NCBI GenBank assembly: GCA_965215335.1
Contig: CBDCDA010000001.1
Span: forward strand, 224,001 to 288,000
Origin: an uncultured Candidatus Entotheonella sp.
Lineage (GTDB): Bacteria; Tectomicrobia; Entotheonellia; Entotheonellales; Entotheonellaceae
Length of the DNA stretch: 64,000 nucleotides
Direction of reading: 5' to 3'
A program made the position numbers and the translations under genes. Positions 9,490-19,138 of this stretch are shown piece after piece. How positions within the stretch are numbered: the stretch's first letter is position 1; every line of letters starts with the position of its first letter. The notes beneath the pieces were generated by a model. That model was given only the letters and a program-made list of their open reading frames with translations, did not search any database and was not told the origin of the DNA.

Positions 9490-12180
9490 ATGGCGACCAT
9501 GTACGACTTTCACGACGTGGCGCGACTGCCGGCCCCCGGCGACAACGTCGCCATCGCCTCGCGGCGGCTGGAGGCCGGCAGCGAGGTGGTCAGCGGCGGT
9601 GAGCGGTTACGGCTGGACCACACCCTGCTGGAAGGCCATCGCTTCGCCCGGCAACCCATCGACACCGGCATGGGGCTGCTGTCGTGGGGCCTGCCGTTCG
9701 GTTACGCCAGCCGCGACATCGGGCCCGGAACGTACGTCTGCAACGCGAGAATTCTCGCGGCGCTGCGCGGCCGCAACGTCGATTTCGCCCTGCCGACCGA
9801 GGCCAATTTCACCGACAAGATCACCCCATACCTGCTGGACGAGGCGCGTTTCCAGCCCGGCGAGCAGGTGGCGCGCCACGACACGCCCGGCACCTTCCTG
9901 GGTTACGCGCGCGGCGGCGCACGGGGTGTCGGCACCCGCAACCACGTCGTCATTCTCGGCACCTCGTCGCGCACGGCCGGCTACGCCCGCGCCCTGGAAG
10001 ACCGCCTGCGCGGCCTGGCGGGGGAGTACGCGAACGTCGATGGCATCGTCGCCGTGGCGCACACCGAGGGCGGCGGCAGCGAGCAACCCAACAATCTCGA
10101 CTTCGTGCTGCGCACCCTGAGCGGCTTCGTGGTACACCCGAACGTCGGCGCCGTGCTGGCGGTGGACTACGGCACCGAAACGATCACCAACGCCCTGGTC
10201 CGCGACTACATGGCGGCGCACGACTACCCACTGGCGGACGTGCCGCACCATTTTCTCAGTCTGGCGGGTCGGTTCCAGGACGACCTGGCGCGCGGGGAGG
10301 AGATGGTCCGCAGCTGGCTGCCGCAGGTGAACGCCGTCACACGCAGCGAGCAATCCCTGGCACACGTCAACGTGGCGCTGCAATGCGGCGGCTCCGACGC
10401 CTTTTCGGGCATCTCGGGCAATCCGCTGTCCGCCTGGGTGGCGCGCGAGATCATCCGCCATGGTGGCGCTGCCAGCCTGGCGGAGACCGATGAGCTGATC
10501 GGCGCCGAGGCGTACGTGCTGCAGAACGTGCGCGACCTCGAAACGGCGCGGAAATTTCTGGCCACCGTCGCCGAATTCAAGGAGCGGGTGGCCTGGCACG
10601 GTCACACCGCCGAGGGCAATCCGACCGGCGGCAACATGTTTCGCGGCCTGTACAACATCGTCCTCAAATCTCTCGGCGCCGCCATGAAACGCCACCCCGA
10701 GGTGCGCCTGGATTACGTCATCGACTACGGCGAGCGCATGCGACAGCCGGGCTATTACTTCATGAACAGCCCCGGCAACGATCTGGAGAGCATCGCCGGG
10801 CAGGTGGCGGCGGGCGCCAACCTGATCTTCTTCATCACGGGCAACGGCTCCATCACCAATTTCCCCTTCGTGCCGACTCTCAAAGTGGTCACGACCAGCC
10901 AGCGCTTCGAGATGTTGCAGCGGGACATGGACGTGAACGCCGGGGCGTATCAGGACGGCACGCCGATGGACGAGCTGGGCAAAAGCATGTTCGACCTCAC
11001 CGTGGCGGCGGCTTCCGGCGCCCGCACCAAGGGCGAAAGGGCAGGGCACGCGCAGGTGTCGCTGTGGCGCGACTGGCGGCAGACCGACGGCAGCAATCTC
11101 GAGCGCCTGCAACAGGCGCCATCACCCGACGGCGCGGCCTTGTCGGTAATGTCGGCAAGGGCAGCAGCACCAGCGCAGACCTTCCAGGCCGTGCGGACTT
11201 CCGACGGCGTCGCCAGCGACCAGATCGGCCTGTTGTTGCCCACCAGCCTGTGTTCCAGCCAGATCGCCCGCCTGATCGCCAACAAGCTCAACGCCGCCTT
11301 TACCGGCAACCGCGGGGTGTCGCGCTTCGTGGCGCTGCCGCACACCGAGGGTTGCGGCGTCTCCGGCGGTCACTCGGAGGCCATGTACGCACGCACCACG
11401 CTGGGCTATCTGACGCACCCGCTGGTGCGCTTCGGCCTGCTGCTGGAGCACGGCTGCGAGAAGACCCACAACGATTACATGGCCAATCAACTCGCCAGCC
11501 GGGGCGTAGACCGGCAATGCTTCGGCTGGGCCAGCGTGCAACTGGACGGCGGCATCGAACAGGTGACCGAGAAGGTCGAGGCGTGGTTCGGCGAAGCGCT
11601 GGGCGGGCTTCCCGACCCCGAATGGGCCGCCGCCGGTCTCGACGCGCTGCGCCTCGGCCTGCTGGACAGCGGCACGGTGCCCGACGCCGCGGCCGAGCAG
11701 CTGGCCCATTTGACCGCCGCCATCGTCAGCGCCGGCGGCACGGTGGTGCTGCCCGGCAACGCTTCTCTGCTGTCTTCGGCGGCGTACCTCGACAACCTGA
11801 AAACGAGGTCGTCGATCGCGGCGTCGCTGGCTTATGGGCAGACCGCCACGCCGGGGCTGCACGTCATGGAGACCCCGACGCGTCACTGGGTGGAAACGCT
11901 GACCGGCCTCGGCGCTACGGGCGTGGAGATCATGCTGGCGCACGTGTCCGGCCCGCCGTTGCAGGCGCATCCCATGATCCCGCTGCTGCAGATGGCCAGC
12001 GGCGCGGAAACGGCATGGTCGGCGGACATGGACCTGACGCTCGACGATGGCGCGTCGTGGACCGAGGCCCTCCTGCCCCTGGTGCTGTCGGTCGCCTCGC
12101 GCGCCTACGTGCCGAAGCTGTACGAGCAGGGGAACACCGATTTTCAGGTGTCGCGGGGCCTGTTGGGCATTTCGATGTGA
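9490..12180 (+). CDS. UxaA/GarD family dehydratase with SAF domain and duplicated C-terminal module
   Basis: [35 protein letters not shown]; a second PTSLC...HTEGCG module follows. Confidence 0.85.
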   Translation: MATMYDFHDVARLPAPGDNVAIASRRLEAGSEVVSGGERLRLDHTLLEGHRFARQPIDTGMGLLSWGLPFGYASRDIGPGTYVCNARILAALRGRNVDFALPTEANFTDKITPYLLDEARFQPGEQVARHDTPGTFLGYARGGARGVGTRNHVVILGTSSRTAGYARALEDRLRGLAGEYANVDGIVAVAHTEGGGSEQPNNLDFVLRTLSGFVVHPNVGAVLAVDYGTETITNALVRDYMAAHDYPLADVPHHFLSLAGRFQDDLARGEEMVRSWLPQVNAVTRSEQSLAHVNVALQCGGSDAFSGISGNPLSAWVAREIIRHGGAASLAETDELIGAEAYVLQNVRDLETARKFLATVAEFKERVAWHGHTAEGNPTGGNMFRGLYNIVLKSLGAAMKRHPEVRLDYVIDYGERMRQPGYYFMNSPGNDLESIAGQVAAGANLIFFITGNGSITNFPFVPTLKVVTTSQRFEMLQRDMDVNAGAYQDGTPMDELGKSMFDLTVAAASGARTKGERAGHAQVSLWRDWRQTDGSNLERLQQAPSPDGAALSVMSARAAAPAQTFQAVRTSDGVASDQIGLLLPTSLCSSQIARLIANKLNAAFTGNRGVSRFVALPHTEGCGVSGGHSEAMYARTTLGYLTHPLVRFGLLLEHGCEKTHNDYMANQLASRGVDRQCFGWASVQLDGGIEQVTEKVEAWFGEALGGLPDPEWAAAGLDALRLGLLDSGTVPDAAAEQLAHLTAAIVSAGGTVVLPGNASLLSSAAYLDNLKTRSSIAASLAYGQTATPGLHVMETPTRHWVETLTGLGATGVEIMLAHVSGPPLQAHPMIPLLQMASGAETAWSADMDLTLDDGASWTEALLPLVLSVASRAYVPKLYEQGNTDFQVSRGLLGISM

Positions 12181-12184
12181 CAGG

Positions 12185-12206
12185 GAGTCGGGTCGTGACT
12201 CGACTC
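12185..12206. terminator. Hairpin between convergent genes
   Basis: gagtcgggtc-gt-gactcgactc inverted repeat; no strong U tract. Confidence 0.35.
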
Positions 12207-12328
12207 GCAAAATCGGCAGCGCGGGGATGGCCTTGCGAATCCACGCGCCTGATCTTGCACGTTGTTGCAAATGACGCGATCAGCAACAGCGTCTCTGACA
12301 GCGAGTCAAGCGAGGCTGCGGTTGGCGT

Positions 12329-15079
12329 TCACGACTTCTCGATCCGCATTCGGTCCCCCAGCCCGAGGTCATCGAGAATCTGTTGCAAGTCTGTCTGCAT
12401 ATTTCCGGCAAACGCAGCTTCGACACGAACGCGGCACTCGACGCGCATGCTGAGTTCATTGCCCGAGCGCAGCTTGGGCAATACTCTGGTTCCGAACCGG
12501 TTCCAGCTTTCCGGGGGTACCGCGCCGGCAAGTCGAAGCGTTACTTTCGATTGATCCTGGGAGGGTTCGGAAACGGGTTCGGGGATCGGGGCAGACGCCG
12601 GCTGCGGCACAGGTTCCGACGTCGTACTCGTGGCAGGGGTCGCCTTGAGCGCTGCCGCCTTGACCCTGGTCAGCAGGAAGACACTGGATTCAAACGCGAT
12701 CTCTTCGGGCGGCACCGGCTCCGCATACCACAGCCGGCCGTAGCTGCCATCGTCCCGGACGTTGGATGCCAGACCGAATTCCCCCCGTGCCACGAACACG
12801 GAGAGCTGTTGCCGGAGGACCGTATCGGGATCAACCAGCCGCGTCAACGAGCCGTCGAGGAAACTCTGCCGCAAACCCGTGATGGGCCAGGCCCCCGTCT
12901 CTGCCAATGTCGGTGGCCAATGGCGGTCGAGGTAACCAGAGCTGACGCTCTCGTTCAGCAGGGCCTCGGACCTCAGGGCGCTGATAATCCGCCCGCAGAG
13001 CGTTTCGCTGGCGCTGGCATGACCTGCCCCGAGGTCGATGATCCGGAGCCCGTGCGGCGCCTGCGTATCCAAGAGGGCCACGAAGCGGTAGCCAGCCCAC
13101 ACCTCGTCCCTGGCGGCTTCCTCTGCGTCTTTGAGCCTGGCCTGTACTTCAGCACGGTCGGCGCGGTCGAGCTCGGTGCCCAGGACGCCTTCCGCTACCT
13201 CCTGTGCGACGCGCTGCCAGGCAAGCCACAAGGCCACCTTTTCCCGCAATTCACGACCCGGTTTCTTGGCACACCACACCAGCGAGCCCGGGTAGCGTCG
13301 AGGTGACTGGCCCCGTTCCCTGGTCCAGCACGCAACGCGCTCGACCACCTCGCTGCCACGGTTCCATTCCATCTCGGGAGCGAGAACGACCAGTGTCAAG
13401 CGGGGAGAATCCGACACCGCGGCGCTGTCTTCAGGGAAGCAGGCCACGGAGAGCGTGGCGCCTTGCCTGAACGTGCCCTCGACCAGCTTGCGGGTGGCCG
13501 GCTTGACGTCCGTTTCTTCGTCCAGCGAAGCCTGCCGGTCGCTGACCACCTTTCGCAGCGTTGCCTGGTGGTGCATGCGATAGCCGTCGGTCCCGATCTT
13601 TCGAATAAAGAATCCACGCGCCTCCAGCGATGTTGCAGCACTGTCGATCGTGGTGGTATCCACATCCGGGTCGCCCAGCGCGAAACGCAGTTCAGGCAGG
13701 TGGGCCACCTTGTCAACCTGCCCGCCGGAAGACTCGAACAGGATGGTGGTGCCGACGCGGCGGTGAATGTCGCGCAGCGCGCCGGTGGCATCTGCATCCA
13801 GCGCTCGGGCATGCGCCAGCGGCCCGGCGAGGTCGGCGTCGATGGCCGCGTCGAGCCGCGCTTCCCCCAGTTGACCGAGAATCACGGCGCGAAATTCCGG
13901 CACGTGCAAAGGCGCCGAGCCCAGGGTAATCAGGGGTTCTGTTCGCGCCTTCCGAAACTGCTCGCCAGCGGCCCAGGAAATCCACTGCGCCAGCATGGCC
14001 AGCGCCCCCCGGGTCTGCTGGAACTGGGCGAGCGCACGCCACTTGCGCTGGAAGACGGAGAGCGTTGCCGGGTGAAAGGGATAGCACGCCTCGAAGCGCC
14101 CCCGCAGGAACTCCCTGGCCTTGGCCGCGGTCCTTGCGGTGTCCACCGCCAGCCATTCATTCGGCAGGCGGGCGGTGCGCTCGAAGCACCAGTCCGCGTA
14201 GGTCCTGGCGACCCGCCGGCGGATACGCTCAGGGCCGAGGTCCTTGAACAGTCGCCGGCGCACCACGTCGCTGATTTCCGATTCGTCGTTGGCGATCAGG
14301 TCCTGGGCGACGCGCCGCACCACCTTGGTGAGGCGCTCTTGCCACTGCTGGTCCCAATCGGTCATTTCGACCTGGCTGCGCGGCAGGCTGATGACCGCTG
14401 CGGCCTGCGTGGCGCCGGTGACGGCGACGGTCAGGTTCTGGATGAAGGCGTGAAAGCTGTCGGCCATGTTGCGGTGCCGGTTGACGAAGTTGAGCACCTC
14501 GTCGAACAGGATCAGCACGGGCGCCTGCGCGGCGGCGAAGACGCTCGCCAGGGCTTGCGTTCCTGGCGGCGTGGTGCGTGCCACCGGGCCGAGCGCGGCG
14601 ACGCCCGGCTCGCCCGCCAGCTGGCGGGCGAGGTCGATCCAGGGGGTTTCGCGGCCGTCTGCCGGGTCCCAGGCGTTGCCGACGAAGACGGCGACGCGTG
14701 CGGCAGGGACTGCCGCCATGCCGGCGTCGCTCAGGAGGTCTGTCACGCCCGGGAGCCTGACGGCTTCCGGGCCGGCCTTGGCCAGGTGGTAGAGCATCGT
14801 CAGGGTGTGCGTCTTGCCGCCGCCGAACTGGGTGACCAGGGTAAGTACCGGCGCGGTGTTCCTGGTCTGGCCGGCCAGGCGCCGCAGGACCCTGCCGGCA
14901 TGGTCCTTCAGCGCTCGCGTAAAGCAGGTGCGCGAGAAAAACTGCTCCGGGTCGCGGTAGTCTGCGGGCGCGGTTCCGGCGACCACCTGTTCCAGGGCGA
15001 TGGCGAACTCGTCCGGGCTGAATGAGCGGCCTTCGCGCACTTCCTTGCGTAGCGTGACGACCTTGTACCAGGGATCCAT
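12329..15079 (-). CDS. DUF499 family ATPase (BrxC-related)
   Basis: TQFGGGKTH Walker A, ILFDE Walker B, YPFHP, FQQTRG motifs. Confidence 0.9.
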   Translation of the reverse strand: MDPWYKVVTLRKEVREGRSFSPDEFAIALEQVVAGTAPADYRDPEQFFSRTCFTRALKDHAGRVLRRLAGQTRNTAPVLTLVTQFGGGKTHTLTMLYHLAKAGPEAVRLPGVTDLLSDAGMAAVPAARVAVFVGNAWDPADGRETPWIDLARQLAGEPGVAALGPVARTTPPGTQALASVFAAAQAPVLILFDEVLNFVNRHRNMADSFHAFIQNLTVAVTGATQAAAVISLPRSQVEMTDWDQQWQERLTKVVRRVAQDLIANDESEISDVVRRRLFKDLGPERIRRRVARTYADWCFERTARLPNEWLAVDTARTAAKAREFLRGRFEACYPFHPATLSVFQRKWRALAQFQQTRGALAMLAQWISWAAGEQFRKARTEPLITLGSAPLHVPEFRAVILGQLGEARLDAAIDADLAGPLAHARALDADATGALRDIHRRVGTTILFESSGGQVDKVAHLPELRFALGDPDVDTTTIDSAATSLEARGFFIRKIGTDGYRMHHQATLRKVVSDRQASLDEETDVKPATRKLVEGTFRQGATLSVACFPEDSAAVSDSPRLTLVVLAPEMEWNRGSEVVERVACWTRERGQSPRRYPGSLVWCAKKPGRELREKVALWLAWQRVAQEVAEGVLGTELDRADRAEVQARLKDAEEAARDEVWAGYRFVALLDTQAPHGLRIIDLGAGHASASETLCGRIISALRSEALLNESVSSGYLDRHWPPTLAETGAWPITGLRQSFLDGSLTRLVDPDTVLRQQLSVFVARGEFGLASNVRDDGSYGRLWYAEPVPPEEIAFESSVFLLTRVKAAALKATPATSTTSEPVPQPASAPIPEPVSEPSQDQSKVTLRLAGAVPPESWNRFGTRVLPKLRSGNELSMRVECRVRVEAAFAGNMQTDLQQILDDLGLGDRMRIEKS

Positions 15080-15453
15080 CAGGGATTACCTCTTTTCTCG
15101 TATTCTCCGCAGCGTATTCGCACGCGGTTTTGCGTCACCACGATGAGCGTGCCTTCGAGCATCGCATCTGGATGGTGCTCAAGCAGTTCGAGCATGGCGG
15201 CCACCTTCTCTGTAACCCGCATCTCGACGAAACGGATGATGCAGGGGTGCGGCAGACGGCGGACAAATACCAATTCGCCAAAGTCCTTGTCTTCGGTGAT
15301 GAGTACTCGCTGCTCTTGCCAGGCCAGGGCAAGGAGCGCTTCATCCGTGGCGCGGGGGGCTTTTTCCAGAGCCGAAAGGACGTCGTGACCCAGCTCGGTC
15401 AGCATCGCGCACAGGCTGCGGGACGCCACGCAGACGTCGAGCAGGAATTTCAT
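15079..15453 (-). CDS. DUF5615 family PIN-like toxin
   Basis: MKFLLDVCV...GHDV...DEALL...LITEDKDFGELVF. Confidence 0.88.
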   Translation of the reverse strand: MKFLLDVCVASRSLCAMLTELGHDVLSALEKAPRATDEALLALAWQEQRVLITEDKDFGELVFVRRLPHPCIIRFVEMRVTEKVAAMLELLEHHPDAMLEGTLIVVTQNRVRIRCGEYEKRGNP

Positions 15454-15707
15454 CTTGCCTGCCGAACGGTCATGCGTTCATGTACGTGTTCGCCGGTCAG
15501 TGAACGGTGCGCGAACAGCAGACACGCCCGGATGTCCTCGGCCTCGAGGATGGGATATTCCTTGAGAATGCTTTCGGTGGTATCACCGGCTGCGAGCATT
15601 CCCAGGACGTGCTCTACCGCGATGCGCAGGTCGCGGATAATGGGCTTGCCGCCGAAGACGTCCGACCGCACGGTGATGCGGTCAAGCAGTTCGGTCTCAG
15701 CCGTCAT
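15450..15707 (-). CDS. DUF433 family antitoxin
   Basis: RITVRSDVFGGKPIIRDLRIAV...ILKEYPILEAEDIRACL; ATGA-type overlap with DUF5615. Confidence 0.9.
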   Translation of the reverse strand: MTAETELLDRITVRSDVFGGKPIIRDLRIAVEHVLGMLAAGDTTESILKEYPILEAEDIRACLLFAHRSLTGEHVHERMTVRQAR

Positions 15708-15738
15708 GGTTTTTTCCTTCCGTGGCTTGTAGCTTTGA

Positions 15739-18702
15739 CTACCTCGGCACGGCCAGCAGCATGGCGTCGAGCAGGCGCTTTTCCTCGCTGCCGCGCGGGT
15801 ACAGGGCGGACAGCGCGTTGGCCAGGCGCAGGAAGTCGGGACCGCGTTCCTGCTCGTCGGTGATCCATTTCCGCAAGGCGCTTGCGTGGCCGCTGGCCTG
15901 AAACAGCATGGCGGCATGCACGCGGTCCAGCGTGGTGGCGCCGGTTGTCCGGGGTTCGGCGTCAGCCCTGACGCCTGTTTGCTTCCCGCGGCGGCGGCCG
16001 GTCCTGGGCGCGGCGTCCATCTCCGGAAAGAGCGTTTGCTGCGGGTTGGCCTGCGGGTCGTTCGCGATCGAGTCGGCAGCGGCCGCAGCGCCGTCCTTGC
16101 CGAAGAGGTCCTTGGTTCGCTCGGCCACCGGCAGCAGGCGCACGATACCCTTGTCCTGGCCGATGATGCGGCCGGTCCAGTGGTCGAGGTCGATGCCCAT
16201 GGGCTGGGCGAAGCGGCGCACCACGTCGAAGGGCAGGCTGAAGCCCTTGGTCGCTGTCCTGGTGGTGACGTCGTCGTTACCGGTGTCGTCTTCCGGTTCC
16301 GGCCGGTCGTTTTCCCGGGCGGTGTCCGTACTCTGGAGGGTCCACAGGAAGAGCGCGGTCAGGCGGGCGTCTTCTTCCAGGGCGCCGCTGAAGCCGTTTC
16401 TCGCCTGTGCTTCGGCGGCACCGAGTATTTCATTCAGCGCGGCGCGGCCGACGACCTCCCAGACTTTTTCCAGGTAGTCGGGCAGGCTGACCGTGCGGCC
16501 GTCGGCGGTTTCGACAGCCTGGTAGCGGCTGAAGATTTCCAGGGCCGGGCCGATGCAGGCGAAGACGAGATCGGCGCCGCGCACGCCCTCGTCTTGCAGC
16601 CGGTCCATCCAGTCGGCGACGCGGACCGGCAGTTCGCGCAGGACGTCGGCCCAATCGCCGACGGGAGCGTTGTCGGGACGCGGGCGGCAGATGAGATGGA
16701 TGCTGGTGGCGAGCGCGGCGGAGTCGCGGGCGCGCAGACGCGATCCCATTTCTGTGGCAATGGGCCAGGAGCCGGTGATGGTCCAGCCGCCGCGAATCAT
16801 GCCCGAAAGCAGCGCTTCCCAGCCCTCGGTGGTCTTGTGAGCGAAAACGACCGAGCCGATGCCGTCTTCGTCGAGCACGCGGCGACCTTCGGCGAAGGCT
16901 TTCGCCATTGTCTCTTCGAACCACTGGCGGTCTTTCGGTCGGCCGTTGTGGTGCTTCGTCTCATCCTGTACGACCTCGGCTGTCTTGGGGGAGAGAGGAT
17001 TGACCGGATCGAACGGATCCCGCAGTAACGGGTTATCGGGTAGCGTGCGCCTGAGCCAGACGAGAAAGAAGTCGGACAGGTCCGCATAGGGAATCGCGTC
17101 GTAGTAGGGCGGGTCGGTGAACCATATCTGGGCAGCCCAGTCGGGCAAAGGATGGTTCGCAGCATCGGCCGTTTGAACCTGGCCAGTTGGAGCAAGGGTG
17201 TTTTGAAGACTCTCGGCTATCTTTGCACACCACTCGACGGCAGCCGTGTAATTGCCGGAAGAAGCACACCATGGATTTACTTCCGTGTAATCCCAGATCA
17301 CGGGGAGAGCTTGTCTCCCATACGTGTGATTGACCTTCTCACCGGTCAGATGCCAAGAACACAAAGCTGACCAATAGTCGGCAGACCGATCCACCGCCAG
17401 TACGAGCAGATTCCGAAGTGGCTTGTCGTCGATTCCTACGCTTCGTGTGAGCACCACCAACGCCACCTTCTGCCGCGCCGTGAACAGGTCGCCCCACTGG
17501 AGCATGCCGTAGCGTTGTACGCGGAAGCCGAGCGTCCCAATCGGTGGCAGTGGCTCATCCGGCACCGGGCAAAGCCCCTGCTTGCCGCCGCGTTCCCATT
17601 CGCCGAGGATCTCCGCCAGCCGTGCTTGCGACCGGCATGCCGCCGCGTAGTCCGAATCCGTCGGCAGCCGGTAATGCCGCCCGGCCTGTCCGGGCTTGAG
17701 CGTCACCACCGCGGTCAGGCGCGCCCCGCCGGTCCGTCGGCCCGCCGCATCGAAGACCACGTCCGCCCCGCCGTGCTGCGCGGCAAGCTGCGCCCGCACC
17801 CGTTCCGGCGGCAGCACCGCGCCGCAACACAGACAAGTCGCCCGCGCCCGCGTTACCGTGCCGCCGTGTACTTCTCTGTCCGTCTGTGGCTCGAACACCT
17901 CGAACGCGACGCGCGGCGATCCACCCTCGCAGTGCTCGACTCGGTGTCGCAGCGCCCGCTTGCGCCTGGGCTTCCTGCACAGCCAGAACGAGCGCATGAG
18001 CGGAATCTCCGCGCCGCAGTTCGGCGCCTCGCAGCGCACGGTTCTGGCCCACAGGTAGGCAATCGGCGTGGCGCCGTCCGGGTCTGGCGGGTAGAGGTCC
18101 GCCAGTTCCCGTTCGGCCTGCCGCTTGATGTCGCCGCCGGCCTTGCGCAGGTCGTCCGCCAGTCCCGGCCCGTGGCGCGGGATGTCTTCGAGCATCACCT
18201 TGAGAATCAGGCACGCCACCGGATTGAGGTCGCTGGCAAACGCTTCGCAGCCGAGGCGCAGCGCCTCCAGCGGGATCGAGCCGCCGCCCGCGAACGGGTC
18301 TGCTACCAGGGGCGGCGCCTCGCCGTGCGCGGCCTGCATCAGGCCGCGCACGACTTCAAGGTAGGTGGGATGGGCGGCGACGTCCCAGTTGGCAACGTCA
18401 GCGATGAACTTCAGCAAGCCGCGCTGCAAGTCTGTGTCGGTCTTGCCTGCGCCGCAGCCGACGGCTGGAAGGCGTATGCGCGCCTCTTCCCTGAACGCTT
18501 CCGGGCAGTGTCGGTCGCACGGGTCCGGCAGCAACAGCGCCAGCAGCACCGCCCGCGACGAGGCCAGCGGCCGCCGCGCCCACCACAGGTGCAGGGTGCT
18601 CGGATGCCCGTGGCGGATCGACTTCTCCCGCGCCGCGTGCCTGGAGACCTCGGCAATCGGGAAGTCCACCTCGGCGAGGCGTTTGCATTCCCTGGGGATC
18701 AT
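15739..18702 (-). CDS. DUF1156 domain DNA adenine methyltransferase
   Basis: LHLWWARRPL, DPFAGGGSIPLE (motif I), FTDPPY (motif IV), Zn-ribbon Cys pairs. Confidence 0.92.
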   Translation of the reverse strand: MIPRECKRLAEVDFPIAEVSRHAAREKSIRHGHPSTLHLWWARRPLASSRAVLLALLLPDPCDRHCPEAFREEARIRLPAVGCGAGKTDTDLQRGLLKFIADVANWDVAAHPTYLEVVRGLMQAAHGEAPPLVADPFAGGGSIPLEALRLGCEAFASDLNPVACLILKVMLEDIPRHGPGLADDLRKAGGDIKRQAERELADLYPPDPDGATPIAYLWARTVRCEAPNCGAEIPLMRSFWLCRKPRRKRALRHRVEHCEGGSPRVAFEVFEPQTDREVHGGTVTRARATCLCCGAVLPPERVRAQLAAQHGGADVVFDAAGRRTGGARLTAVVTLKPGQAGRHYRLPTDSDYAAACRSQARLAEILGEWERGGKQGLCPVPDEPLPPIGTLGFRVQRYGMLQWGDLFTARQKVALVVLTRSVGIDDKPLRNLLVLAVDRSADYWSALCSWHLTGEKVNHTYGRQALPVIWDYTEVNPWCASSGNYTAAVEWCAKIAESLQNTLAPTGQVQTADAANHPLPDWAAQIWFTDPPYYDAIPYADLSDFFLVWLRRTLPDNPLLRDPFDPVNPLSPKTAEVVQDETKHHNGRPKDRQWFEETMAKAFAEGRRVLDEDGIGSVVFAHKTTEGWEALLSGMIRGGWTITGSWPIATEMGSRLRARDSAALATSIHLICRPRPDNAPVGDWADVLRELPVRVADWMDRLQDEGVRGADLVFACIGPALEIFSRYQAVETADGRTVSLPDYLEKVWEVVGRAALNEILGAAEAQARNGFSGALEEDARLTALFLWTLQSTDTARENDRPEPEDDTGNDDVTTRTATKGFSLPFDVVRRFAQPMGIDLDHWTGRIIGQDKGIVRLLPVAERTKDLFGKDGAAAAADSIANDPQANPQQTLFPEMDAAPRTGRRRGKQTGVRADAEPRTTGATTLDRVHAAMLFQASGHASALRKWITDEQERGPDFLRLANALSALYPRGSEEKRLLDAMLLAVPR

Positions 18703-18780
18703 GGACTTTTTACCAAGACTCGGGACGACGGATTTCTACCGGACGGACCAGGAACACTCAAGATTGGTTTCGGATACGTA

Positions 18781-18959
18781 TGGCTTCCTCGATCGCGCTG
18801 GCGAGTGGTTGGCGACACAACGACGCCGAAGGCAGGGATGCCTTCGTTCCGGTGCAGTCTCCCTTCATTTGGGAGTGGTTTGCGACTCGAGAAATCCGTA
18901 GCCAAGACAGCAGCGCTTCGAGCGGTGCAGTCTCCCTTCATTTGGGAGTGGTTTGCGAC
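18781..18959 (-). CRISPR. Type VI-A mini CRISPR array: repeats 18924-18959 and 18851-18886, degenerate repeat ~18781-18816; spacers 18887-18923 (37 nt) and 18817-18850 (34 nt)
   Basis: Minus-strand repeat GTCGCAAACCACTCCCAAATGAAGGGAGACTGCACC has a CACTCCC/GGGAG-[AC]-TG stem with the AC bulge of Cas13a direct repeats; the third copy matches 14/16 at the repeat 5' end. Confidence 0.9.
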
Positions 18960-19138
18960 GGCCTCGATGAAAGTACCTGATTTCATTCGCATAAAACGGC
19001 TATTTGCGAGAGGTCCCGTGACGAGCCGGCGCCAGCGCTGCCAAAGGGGGGCGGAAAGCCATGATTTTCAACTATTTCCCGCCTTCGTGTCAACGCCATT
19101 GAGCGTTCAGCACTGGACCGCTCGCAGGGTGTCGGCAG
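18960..19138 (-). promoter_or_regulatory. Putative CRISPR leader
   Basis: Non-coding, with AT-richer patches (ggaaatagttgaaaatcat; gttttatgcgaatgaaat) between the cas13a stop and the first repeat; opposite the degenerate end of the array. Confidence 0.6.

Noticed and set aside
18817..18923. Full self-targeting of the spacers within this window
   Set aside because: No full-length match was noticed by eye; the scan was not exhaustive and needs computation
18699..18992. 97-aa ORF across the array as an accessory protein
   Set aside because: It is translated repeat and spacer sequence with no coding signature
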